NCBI GenBank assembly: GCA_031316155.1
Contig: JALDRB010000003.1
Span: forward strand, 191,792 to 223,791
DNA: 32,000 nt
Origin: Candidatus Scalindua sp.
Lineage (GTDB): Bacteria > Planctomycetota > Brocadiia > Brocadiales > Scalinduaceae
Reading direction: 5' to 3'
Shown: positions 1 through 8,178 of the stretch, one piece after another
Layout: the number at the start of each line of letters is the position of its first letter
Numbering within the stretch: position 1 is the stretch's first letter
The notes under the pieces: generated by a model
Told to the model about the DNA's origin: nothing
Seen by the model: the letters and a program-made list of their open reading frames with translations, nothing else
Databases searched by the model: none
Position numbers and translations under genes: made by a program

Positions 1-84
1 GGTTCCTTGAAACCTTAACAGAAGTATGCGCAAGAACCGGTTGGATTGTTCATGCATATGTACTTTATCTAAGGAGCACGAAAA

Positions 85-1047
85 ATGAAATATTTCACCC
101 TGTTTATCGCGCTTTTGATGCAGTTATTGATATCCGGTTTATCGGTGAATGGTGGGGTGCTGCCTGGCATCAGTGGTATGGTGAGAATCTCAGAAGATAC
201 ATTTTTAATTATTCATGACCGAAAGAATACCCTAGAGCCGGGACCACGGCTCGATCTCCTTACTATTACCAGGGACGACGGGATATTCTGTAACCCTTTA
301 TCCGTTGATGACTGGCTTGACGAAGACCAGGAGCCGAATGATCTGGAAGCGTGCTGTTCTATCCCGGGCCGTCCTTATGAGTTTCTGCTTGCGGAAAGCG
401 GATGCTACAGAAACAAATTTGGACGTGTTTTTCACATTCGTCTCACGAAGAGCGAAGGATCTGTCTGGACAGTGGAGGTGATACAGGTGTTTCGTATTTA
501 CCACCAGAAATGTGATGATGAGGGTAACACATACGAAGGTGATCAGGTCGAGGGCATTGCATGTTTCCGGGCATATGGCAAAACTATCCTGGTATACGGT
601 GAGAGGGGCGGAAAAACAGAGAAGAGTACTAAACCAGGCAGAATCATCTGGGGTGAATTGAATTTAAACAAGGATGATCCATTTGTATTACTGGGCGATA
701 ATGTGTTGGCGGCGAGTAGCTTACTTGGCGCCAGAGATTGCAGTGATTTGTTTCTGAAACAGGGTCATGATTCGCACATTGTCTGGTCTGTTGCCGTTAT
801 CGATAATGGAGATAGAGGGCCATTCAAGTCTGTGATATATGAAGCCGGTTCATTTGTTCTGAGCAGTAAGGAAGGGAAAATTGAGTTTGTACTCAATCCG
901 GAACCGGACATCATTTGGCAACTTGACGGGTTGAAGGTTGAGGCTCTTGCAGCGCCTGCCGGCTCTGTAACCCAGAGTGTAATCAGCATTGGTACTGATG
1001 ACGAAGATTATGGTGGAATCTGGAGGCCTTTGTTTGAAAGAAATTAA
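85..1047 (+). CDS. Secreted hypothetical protein (possibly DUF3616/phytase-like beta-propeller family)
   Basis: 320-aa ORF. AAGGAG at 71-76 lies 8 nt upstream of the ATG. The N-terminus is signal-peptide-like (MKYFTLFIALLMQLLISGLSVNG). Recurrent motifs NDLEACC, QVEGIACF and LKVEALAAP resemble that family. The family call is from memory only. Confidence 0.6.
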   Translation: MKYFTLFIALLMQLLISGLSVNGGVLPGISGMVRISEDTFLIIHDRKNTLEPGPRLDLLTITRDDGIFCNPLSVDDWLDEDQEPNDLEACCSIPGRPYEFLLAESGCYRNKFGRVFHIRLTKSEGSVWTVEVIQVFRIYHQKCDDEGNTYEGDQVEGIACFRAYGKTILVYGERGGKTEKSTKPGRIIWGELNLNKDDPFVLLGDNVLAASSLLGARDCSDLFLKQGHDSHIVWSVAVIDNGDRGPFKSVIYEAGSFVLSSKEGKIEFVLNPEPDIIWQLDGLKVEALAAPAGSVTQSVISIGTDDEDYGGIWRPLFERN

Positions 1048-1165
1048 ACTGATACTATCTGTTATGTGGCATAAAGACCACACCTTCGCAATGCTCTTCC
1101 CCCTCCTTATTCAACTCCTAAAATGAAAGACTTAAAAACAGATCGTAAATCATAATTCGTACCCG

Positions 1166-1200
1166 CCCGGCCAGATGGGTAAGCACCAAATAACAAATTC
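1166..1200. repeat. Partial copy of the AT-rich (ACAAAT)n-type dispersed element
   Basis: cccggccagatgggtaagcaccaaataacaaattc aligns by eye with 8648-8680 (ggccgggtggataagcaccaaataataaatttt). Confidence 0.5.
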
Positions 1201-1493
1201 TCTGCCTGCCGTGTCCAGGTGCAGACAGGTAAATTATTATCCCTCTGTTTGTCTCTATCTCGGCCAGGTTGGGTCTTATATAAGTATATTGACATTGGGT
1301 ATCGTTCCGGTTAGCATAATTTTGCAAAGGAGCATAACTTGTTTTATACTATGTATATGCTTTGTAACAAACGGTAACATGAAATTATATCCTGCTTTGT
1401 CTATCCATAATTATTTTTAATGAGGAGATACAAATAGACCAGAAGAATGATGATATTCAATCGGATGCGGTTCCTTTAAAAGCATCGAAAAAT

Positions 1494-1805
1494 ATGAGAA
1501 TAGGTCTGGGAATTTATTTTGTGGTACTGGCTTTCATCTTAGTGTTCTTTCTCTTCGTTTTGTGGCCAACAAAAATACATGATAAAGAAGGACTATATAA
1601 ATTTGAGACCCTGGTGACACTTTTGGGCACTCATATAAAAAGTGAAACGAGACTGATTCTGATCGTTATCCTTGTTGGTGCACTGAGGAGTTACGTGCAC
1701 ACGGTTACCTCATTTGTGACATATATTGGAAATCGCAATCTGAGTAAAATGCGTCGTCCATCAGAGTTTGTTGTACAAGTTTATTGCCGGGAAAAACATT
1801 TATGA
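1494..1805 (+). CDS. Hypothetical small membrane protein
   Basis: 103-aa ORF with two clear hydrophobic helices (IGLGIYFVVLAFILVFFLFVLW; LILIVILVGAL). No recognisable family, and the C-terminus looks truncated. Confidence 0.35.
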   Translation: MRIGLGIYFVVLAFILVFFLFVLWPTKIHDKEGLYKFETLVTLLGTHIKSETRLILIVILVGALRSYVHTVTSFVTYIGNRNLSKMRRPSEFVVQVYCREKHL

Positions 1806-1825
1806 AATAGCAACTCCCCCTTTTG

Positions 1826-2053
1826 ATGAAAGACCTGTACCCTGGATGATTTTCTCTCGTATACGGGAATCCGCGAACTGGTTGCTGATTCGCTGGCATT
1901 CGTATCAGTCAATGCGACTCTCGCCGAAGTGAAACAGAAAATGGATGAGACAAAAAATTGTCAGGATATTTTTGTAACGAAGAACGGGAAAAAAGACGAA
2001 CCTGTTGAGGGCTGGTTAACCAATATTGAGATCGCCAAACACGTCATGACCTG
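1826..2053 (+). pseudogene. Small CBS-like single-domain ORF, apparently frameshifted near its start
   Basis: ATG 1826 reads MKDLYPG then stops. The adjacent frame is open from 1830 to TGA 2051-2053 and reads ..LDDFLSYTGIRELVADSLAFVSVNATLAEVKQKMDETKNCQDIFVTKNGKKDEPVEGWLTNIEIAKHVMT, a CBS-like pattern. Removing one C from the CCC run at 1840-1842 would join the two. Confidence 0.3.
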
Positions 2054-2118
2054 AAAGCTGAAATAGAGGTTTTCCACTATTATTTTTTTCCATGAAATAT
2101 GGTATACCATAACACAGG

Positions 2119-3171
2119 ATGAAACCCATGACTCAATCTCAGAGAAAAAACGTTTTTATTAGTTACAGTCATGCCGATGCGGAATGGCTGGTGAGATTGA
2201 ATGTGCATCTAGAATCTCTGGAGTGGGAAGGGGTAATAGATCTCTGGTCAGATGAAAAGATCCATGCCGGTTCAGACTGGAAAAAAGAGATTAGAAAGGC
2301 GCTCAAAGCGGCAAAGGTTGCCGTGTTGCTTGTCTGTGCAGATTTTCTTGCGTCAGAGTTTATTTTTAACGATGAACTACCGCCACTTTTGGCTGCTGCA
2401 GAGAAAGAAGATGCGCATATCCTGCCGGTGATCGTCAGTCGCTCCTCGTTCGAGGAAAATGAGAGCCTCTCCAGATATCAGGCGGTGAATCCGCCGAACA
2501 AACCATTGTTGAGTATGAGCCCGGAAGAGGTGGAAGATCTGTTTTGTAATTTGTACAAGTCAATAGTGCAGATACTGAGAGCACAGGAAGTAAATAGTAG
2601 ACAGAAAACCAGCAGTGAAGAAATTGAAATGACACGATCAGAAGAGCCAGTAAGCGAAATAGCGATCCCTGAAATAGAGTTGCGTACTCAGCCAATAAAT
2701 GATTTCAGTGAGGATGAAGTCGAAATTATGATAAAAGAGAAAGGGTATTTTGATTCTGAAATCAATCCATCAGGTACAGGGATTGCCCATAATTATCAAA
2801 TCCGGGCGGATGGCAAAATCATATATGACCATGCAACCGGTCTCATGTGGCAACAGTCAGGTTCTGATGATAAGATGCCCTATGTAGATACAAAGTCTTA
2901 CATAAAGGCTTTAAATAGCCTGAGTTTTGCCGGATACAGAGGCTGGCGATTGCCCACCATGGAGGAATCCATGTCTCTGCTGGAACCAAAGAAAAATAGA
3001 GATATGCTGTATATTGATCGCGTATTTGATAAGAAACAAGAATGGATCTGGACCTCTGATCTGGACATCACATTGAGAGGCTGGGTTGTCGATTTCTACG
3101 CCGGTGGTTGCATCGACGGCGGTTTCGTCATCCTCAGCAACTCCTTCGTCTATGTGAGAGCGGTTCGTTGA
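2119..3171 (+). CDS. TIR domain protein with C-terminal DUF1566 (Lcl C-terminal-like) domain
   Basis: The N-terminus VFISYSHADAEWLVRLNVHLE...LLVCADFLASEFIFNDEL matches a bacterial TIR pattern. The C-terminus ATGLMWQQSGS...YRGWRLPTMEE...WIWTSD...YVRAVR matches the DUF1566 pattern. Confidence 0.85.
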   Translation: MKPMTQSQRKNVFISYSHADAEWLVRLNVHLESLEWEGVIDLWSDEKIHAGSDWKKEIRKALKAAKVAVLLVCADFLASEFIFNDELPPLLAAAEKEDAHILPVIVSRSSFEENESLSRYQAVNPPNKPLLSMSPEEVEDLFCNLYKSIVQILRAQEVNSRQKTSSEEIEMTRSEEPVSEIAIPEIELRTQPINDFSEDEVEIMIKEKGYFDSEINPSGTGIAHNYQIRADGKIIYDHATGLMWQQSGSDDKMPYVDTKSYIKALNSLSFAGYRGWRLPTMEESMSLLEPKKNRDMLYIDRVFDKKQEWIWTSDLDITLRGWVVDFYAGGCIDGGFVILSNSFVYVRAVR

Positions 3172-3290
3172 GAATAATCATCGATTATTTGATGATTTGA
3201 ACCATTTGATACTTTATTGTAAGAAATCATAAGACGGTCTGGACTGACTGAAAATAAGACAACTCTATGCAACACGATTGACAAAGAATA

Positions 3291-3376
3291 ACAACCCCCT
3301 TGATCCCCCTTTACTAAGGGGGACTTTTCTGTCCCCCGCAGTGCGGGGTGGTGCATCCCCCTTAATAAAGGGGGAT
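3291..3376. repeat. C5/G5 hairpin repeat cluster (ACAACCCCCT... family)
   Basis: ACAACCCCCT at 3291, then three hairpins: CCCCCTTTACTAAGGGGG (3305-3322), CCCCGCAGTGCGGGG (3334-3348) and ATCCCCCTTAATAAAGGGGGAT (3355-3376). The same motif recurs at five other sites in the window. Confidence 0.85.
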
Positions 3377-3467
3377 CAAGGGAATTGTAAATCATTATTT
3401 ACAAGGTTTTACAGGCGATTAGAAAACGTTAACAAGAGGGCAACCAGGAAGTTGTAACAATAGCAAA

Positions 3468-3543
3468 ATAAAAATATACTATCATCAGAAATTCAAAACC
3501 CTGTCCGGAGAACGGAGAAACAAGGGTATCTTAACAGAAGTCC
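3468..3543 (+). pseudogene. 5' remnant of a DUF559 endonuclease gene (start codon ATG changed to ATA, truncated after about 25 codons)
   Basis: 3386-3543 aligns by eye with 8101-8254, the upstream leader plus first 76 nt of the intact DUF559 gene. The ATG position reads ATA (3468-3470). Homology ends at cttaacagaagtcc, just before the Hcp ribosome-binding site. Confidence 0.6.
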
Positions 3544-3594
3544 TTTTTTGTCACACTGTTTTATAAAACCTTTGAACGAAGGAGGGAATAGGGT

Positions 3595-4092
3595 ATGGCA
3601 TTTAATGCATTTTTACAGATCGATGGGATAGAGGGTGAATGTACTGATGACAAACATAAAAACTGGATAGAGGTACTTTCTTATAGTACGGGATTATCAC
3701 AAACAGCATCCGGATCGGCAGGTACTGCCGGTGGGGCTGTATCTCAACGTGCAGATTTCAAGGATTTTACCATTGTCAAGACGCTGGATAATGCCTCACC
3801 ATTGATAGCGCTGGCCTGTGCTGATGGTACTCGTATCAGTTCTGTCATTCTTGAACTATGCCGGACAGGAGGAGACAAGATTAAATACATGGAATACAGA
3901 TTGAGCAACTGTATCGTCAGTTCTGTCAGACCGGGGGGAGATTCCAGAGGGGCTGAGATGTTGCCTCTCGAAGAGGTGTCGTTTAATTATGGCAAGATTG
4001 AGTGGTTGTACACCCAGCAAAGACGCGCGGATGGTTCTGGTGGAGGACATGTAGCTGCCGGCTGGGATCTGGAAAAAAATCGGAGAGTATAA
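3595..4092 (+). CDS. hcp: Type VI secretion tube protein Hcp (TssD) family
   Basis: 165 aa. MAFNAFLQIDGIEGECTDDKHKNWIEVLSYS...LELCRTGGDKIKYMEYRL...EVSFNYGKIEWLYTQQ...GWDLEKN is a canonical Hcp sequence pattern. Strong SD GAAGGAGGG lies upstream. Confidence 0.9.
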   Translation: MAFNAFLQIDGIEGECTDDKHKNWIEVLSYSTGLSQTASGSAGTAGGAVSQRADFKDFTIVKTLDNASPLIALACADGTRISSVILELCRTGGDKIKYMEYRLSNCIVSSVRPGGDSRGAEMLPLEEVSFNYGKIEWLYTQQRRADGSGGGHVAAGWDLEKNRRV

Positions 4093-4115
4093 CGTGTAAT
4101 TTATGGGAAAGAAAA

Positions 4116-4616
4116 ATGGCTGGTATACGCTTTGAAGAGACAATGGACGGATTCCTTGGTGAAAACATCAGGAACTTCAGCGACGGGGAAGATTACGGCA
4201 TAAGGCACAACAATCCGGTTAAATTTGATGTTCGAATAACTATAGATTCTGTCGATGACTTCATTCAGGTTTCTTCCCACGAAGCCAAACTTACCGGGAA
4301 GTTTTACTGTACGTCCATAGGAGGCGACAAAGGAATGACGATGAGAGGGGGCAGGTTTAACCTCTTTGATGTTAACCCGGAGAGTGGTCACAGGAACATG
4401 CGGTACCGATTTACCTTTACTGCTCCTGATGGAAAGGAGTATTATTTTGCAGGGTTTAAAGACATTTTTAATGACAAGGTGTTTGACATTATTGATGATC
4501 TGACGACCCTGTTTGTCAGGATCTACGAGGGAAAAGACGAGTTGGGTGAGTTGTATGGAAGTGGCGTCATGTATTTCAGGGTCAGAGACATGGCCTCCAT
4601 TATGCAAATGATATAG
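4116..4616 (+). CDS. Hypothetical protein; probably the N-terminal part of a larger protein continuing at 4689
   Basis: 166-aa reading from ATG 4116. The track ORF start at 4002 overlaps hcp and is not favoured. It ends at TAG 4614-4616 in the same frame as the next ORF. I cannot assign a confident family. Confidence 0.6.
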   Translation: MAGIRFEETMDGFLGENIRNFSDGEDYGIRHNNPVKFDVRITIDSVDDFIQVSSHEAKLTGKFYCTSIGGDKGMTMRGGRFNLFDVNPESGHRNMRYRFTFTAPDGKEYYFAGFKDIFNDKVFDIIDDLTTLFVRIYEGKDELGELYGSGVMYFRVRDMASIMQMI

Positions 4617-4688
4617 ACGAGTGAGGTCACAGGGACAGATAACCCCTTTGAAAAGTATGCGACCCTTGCCAAATACGCGGGTTTCTTT

Positions 4689-6893
4689 ATGGCAGAAACC
4701 CTGAAGACGTTTGCCCCCGGACCGAGGTTCATCTATACAACACGATATGAAAATCTGGTCCTTTCCGGAAATCTCAAGAAGGGAGGAGAGGATACAACAC
4801 GGGGGTTTTTCTTTTTCTCGGGTAAGCATGACAAGGGCTTTCCCTGGGGAGACGAGGAGACCATGAGTGATGTTGCCCTTTTTATATCAAATGGACAGGA
4901 AGAGCCTCTCCGCTTCGGTATAACCAGGCAGTCATTAAAGGGTTTATCGGTCGAACTGGAGGGCAACCGCTACCGGTACAAAGGGGAACTCTATCGGATT
5001 CGGAACGGCCACTCCGTTTCCTTCTCCGAAATAAGCAATTACCGGGAAGGTGGTAATCTCGAGAAGGTTCAGGTTGAGATTGCCCTTACCCTGAAGGCCC
5101 AAAAATACGACACCAAGGTAGACATGTCCTTTCAACCTGTAGAACAACTCACCGGATTAATTCCGGACAGTTTCGAAAAGGAGGTACGAAAATACCTGAC
5201 CTTCTTTCCGCTCCTCGGATATTTTACCATTCCCTTCAGGGTGAAGGTAAAAAGCGGAACTATCAGTATTACCGATACCCGGAGAACGACTACGTATTCT
5301 ATTGATACAAAAAGCACCTTCGGTGAGGGAGAGCTGGGTGAAATCAATAATCTCAGGGAGCCGACTCTTTTTTATAACTACCTCTGCGGAATAGACCCCT
5401 CCGGACAGACCCTTTTCCTGAAGATGAGCTCGGGAACCCTGAGAAATGAAAGAGAGTGGTACTTCAAGGATTTGATTGATAAGGCACTGGGAAAGGTGAT
5501 CAGGAGAAATGTAAAGAAAAACCTCGTCCTCAAGGATGCTATAGCTGAAAACCCGGCAGTGCCCACGGTAGTAAATGATACAATGCTGACCCTGGTGAAT
5601 GATCATTACCCCTCCGGAGTGCTCCTGAGGAGGATTGTTTTGATTGAGAATAACGGAGAAACCTTTTATGGCCTGGAAGAGTATATTGATGCGATAAACA
5701 CTGCCCCCATAAACTCAGATAAAGAAGCCATCGTAGCAGTTTCCACCTACAAAGATGCAGATGCATGGGATGGGAAGGCCGCAAGCGAGGAAGAAGTTCT
5801 GGGTGTTTACCAGAGTCCGGAGAAATTTGAAATCCTGAACAAGGTAATGGAAGGATCCGGCTTTTTCGAGGTGCTGGAGAAGACCTTTACCCTTTCCGGG
5901 AAAAGCAGGGAAGAGTTCTCGATCATCATTAAACCCAATTTCATGTTCTTCTATTCCCTTAAGGACAAGTCCACTTTTACTGATCCTTCTCTCGTTGAAC
6001 ATCTGGTAGAGAGGATATACGAAAAGGGTTTCAGGAACATCAGGATAGCCGAGGCCAGAAGCACACTCAGCACCTTTTTCAGCAATCGTGATGTTGCGTC
6101 TGTGGCGCGACATATCGGCTACCGGGAAGGAGGGAAATACCGAATTACCGATCTCTCAGAAAATTGTGAAGAGTGGGATTACGGCGGCAAACTCGGTAAA
6201 CACTTTGTGAACAGGGAATGGAAATCGGCCGATTTCCGGATCTCTTTTGCCAAAAATAAAACTCACAACTATGCCTACTATACCCTTACCCTCAAGAACA
6301 TCTACGGTGCGTTACCCATGGAGTTTAAATACAAGGTGTATCACTGCGATATGGGAGATATCTACGAACCCACCATCGATTATATCAGGGCATTTCCTGT
6401 CCATTTCGGTTTCATCGACGCCGTGATCAGCGCCGACGGACCTTTCGGTATCTTTGCAGACCCCTATCCACAACTTACGCAGACCATCATTGCGGGTAAA
6501 GATATCGTGGCCGTCGACTGGGTAGGCGCTGCCAAGATGGGTTTGGATCCGCTGCTCTCCCGTTACCTGCAGGAAGCAATAAAGGCCTTCGGAAAACCGC
6601 GGATACGGGTAATGGGGGACGACCGGCTCTATAAATTCTGGGCCAATACCCCGAGAATCGGCAGCTTTGGTGCTCACATGCTCGATAGACATTACACCTT
6701 CGGGTATCCTCTCTACTATATCATGAGTGAAATGGATCCCGCTTTCCCTCCCAGGCCAACAGAGTCAGCTCTCATGAACGAGCTCAGGCCTTTATTTGCC
6801 AGTGCGAGGGAAATCTTTTATAAAAATCCCAACCATCCGCCATCCTGGCTTCACGAAGTGATAAACAAGATTGTATTCAGGTTGTGGCAGTAA
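4689..6893 (+). CDS. Large protein with C-terminal DUF362 domain; N-terminal about 400 aa unassigned
   Basis: 734 aa. The C-terminal half shows the DUF362 pattern (IIIKPNFMF..TDPSLVEHLVERIYEKG...FAKNKTHNYAYYTLTLKNIYG...FGFIDAVISADGPFG...IIAGKDIVAVDWVGAKMGLDP). No SD precedes ATG 4689. It is in frame with 4116-4616. Confidence 0.75.
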   Translation: MAETLKTFAPGPRFIYTTRYENLVLSGNLKKGGEDTTRGFFFFSGKHDKGFPWGDEETMSDVALFISNGQEEPLRFGITRQSLKGLSVELEGNRYRYKGELYRIRNGHSVSFSEISNYREGGNLEKVQVEIALTLKAQKYDTKVDMSFQPVEQLTGLIPDSFEKEVRKYLTFFPLLGYFTIPFRVKVKSGTISITDTRRTTTYSIDTKSTFGEGELGEINNLREPTLFYNYLCGIDPSGQTLFLKMSSGTLRNEREWYFKDLIDKALGKVIRRNVKKNLVLKDAIAENPAVPTVVNDTMLTLVNDHYPSGVLLRRIVLIENNGETFYGLEEYIDAINTAPINSDKEAIVAVSTYKDADAWDGKAASEEEVLGVYQSPEKFEILNKVMEGSGFFEVLEKTFTLSGKSREEFSIIIKPNFMFFYSLKDKSTFTDPSLVEHLVERIYEKGFRNIRIAEARSTLSTFFSNRDVASVARHIGYREGGKYRITDLSENCEEWDYGGKLGKHFVNREWKSADFRISFAKNKTHNYAYYTLTLKNIYGALPMEFKYKVYHCDMGDIYEPTIDYIRAFPVHFGFIDAVISADGPFGIFADPYPQLTQTIIAGKDIVAVDWVGAAKMGLDPLLSRYLQEAIKAFGKPRIRVMGDDRLYKFWANTPRIGSFGAHMLDRHYTFGYPLYYIMSEMDPAFPPRPTESALMNELRPLFASAREIFYKNPNHPPSWLHEVINKIVFRLWQ

Positions 6894-6897
6894 AAAT

Positions 6898-7910
6898 ATG
6901 AGCGATATCTTCATCAGCTATACCAGTTCTGACAGAGAGTAAGCAAAAATAGTGGCAGAATGCTTGAGCAGCAGGGTTGGTCTGTCTGGTGGGACAGGAA
7001 AATTCCACCGGGGAGATCGTTTGATGAGGTTATTGAAGAGGCACTGGTTGGAGCCAGATGCGTCATCGTTCTCTGGTCGAAAGAATCCGTGAAATCAGAC
7101 TGGGTGAAGGAGGAAGCTTCCGAGGGCGCCAGGCGAAAAATACTGGTGCCGGTTCTGATTGAGGATGTTGGAATTCCACTTGGTTTCAGGCGAATTCAGG
7201 CAGCTCAGCTCATCGACTGGCAGGGAGATGTGGCGGATCCGAATGCCGGTCAATTCATTGACTCCATCTCAGCATTTATCGGCTATCCTCAAGGTGAAAA
7301 ACCAGAGTCAGATTCAAAACCAGCGGTGGGTAAACAGGAAGAGAGAAAGCCCTGGCAAAGAGGAGCGAAAGAAGAAAGTTACTCTCCTAGAACGAAAAGA
7401 CCATTACGCTCCCAACCGAGAGAGGATTTAACGGAAGATAAAGCACAAATCATGGTGAAGAAGAAAGGTTATTTTGACACTAAGGTAAATACATCCGGTG
7501 CCGGTATTACTCATGAGTACGAAATCCGAGTGGATGGTATGGTCGTCCATGACCATGCAACTGGCCTTATGTGGCAGCAGTCAGGATCTGAAAAAGCTAT
7601 GAGCTATAAAAAAGCCAAGGCTTATATAGAGGCTTTGAATCGTCAACAATTTGCCGGATTTAATGACTGGCGGTTGCCCACCATCGAGGAGGCGATCTCG
7701 CTCAGGGAACCGGGAAAAAAGAGTGGCGATCTGTATATTGATCCTGTTTTTGACCAGAAGCAAATATGCATCTGGACATCTGATAGGAAAACTTTTTTTT
7801 GAAGGGGAGGTGAGTTCCGGGGAGGGGCTATGGAGACGGCGGTGGTATTAGCTACAACATTATTCAGCCCCACCTTCCTCATCAACGCCTCTGTGCGCGC
7901 GGTTCGTTGA
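6898..7910 (+). pseudogene. Disrupted TIR-DUF1566 paralogue
   Basis: ATG 6898 reads MSDIFISYTSSDRE then TAA (6940-6942), at a position where TIR proteins usually have Trp. There is a 1-nt frame change at 6958-6960. The 6960 frame carries TIR and DUF1566 motifs. An in-frame TGA (7800-7802) follows a T8 run. The frame stays open to the shared C-terminus SVRAVR* at 7908-7910. Confidence 0.75.
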
Positions 7911-8033
7911 GGACAATCATCGATTATTTGGTTCTTTGAATCATTTGATTCTTTTATCCAAGTAATCATAAAAGATAAGCCTGGCATGATCAGTGGAGAG
8001 AAAATGAGGAGCATGCTATTCGAGGAAGGTTGA

Positions 8034-8097
8034 CAACCCCCTTCACCCCCTTTGCTCAGGGGTACTTTCACAAATCCCCCTTAATAAAGGGGGGTTG
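8034..8097. repeat. C5/G5 hairpin repeat copy
   Basis: ACAACCCCC (8034-8042) is complementary to GGGGGTTGT (8089-8097). Internal hairpins are CCCCTTTGCTCAGGGG and ATCCCCCTTAATAAAGGGGGG. Confidence 0.85.
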
Positions 8098-8178
8098 TAT
8101 ATAATTATTCACAAGATTTTGCAGAGGATGGGAAAACGGTAACAAAGGGGAAAACCAGGTGGTGGTAACAAGAGCGAA

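Noticed and set aside
1-70. Possible 3' fragment of an IS200/RayT-like Y1 transposase (frame-3 reading ...TLTEVCARTGWIVHAYVLY).
   Set aside because: Only about 20 residues are visible, and the expected MxNHxHLL continuation is absent. The cttaacagaagt match to the DUF559 remnant is too short. I cannot support this call.
3150-3395. Short ORFs encoding PLLRGD/PLSKGG/PLTKGG-type peptides (3150..3395 -, 7643..8071 -, 9063..9395 -).
   Set aside because: They are translations of the C5/G5 hairpin repeats in various frames and orientations, not genes.
4002-4115. Track start at 4002 for the post-Hcp ORF, and track start at 21807 for the MBL hydrolase.
   Set aside because: The 4002 extension overlaps the hcp 3' end by 91 nt in another frame and encodes W/C/R-rich junk. 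The 21807 extension would place the GGAGG inside the ORF, and homologues start MKIxFLGTG. Internal ATGs 4116 and 21825 are preferred.
4101-4829. 242-aa minus-strand ORF overlapping the Hcp-downstream genes, and similar antisense ORFs at 5157..5606, 5715..6113 and 6312..6692.
   Set aside because: They are fully nested antisense to longer, motif-bearing plus-strand ORFs, with no independent support.
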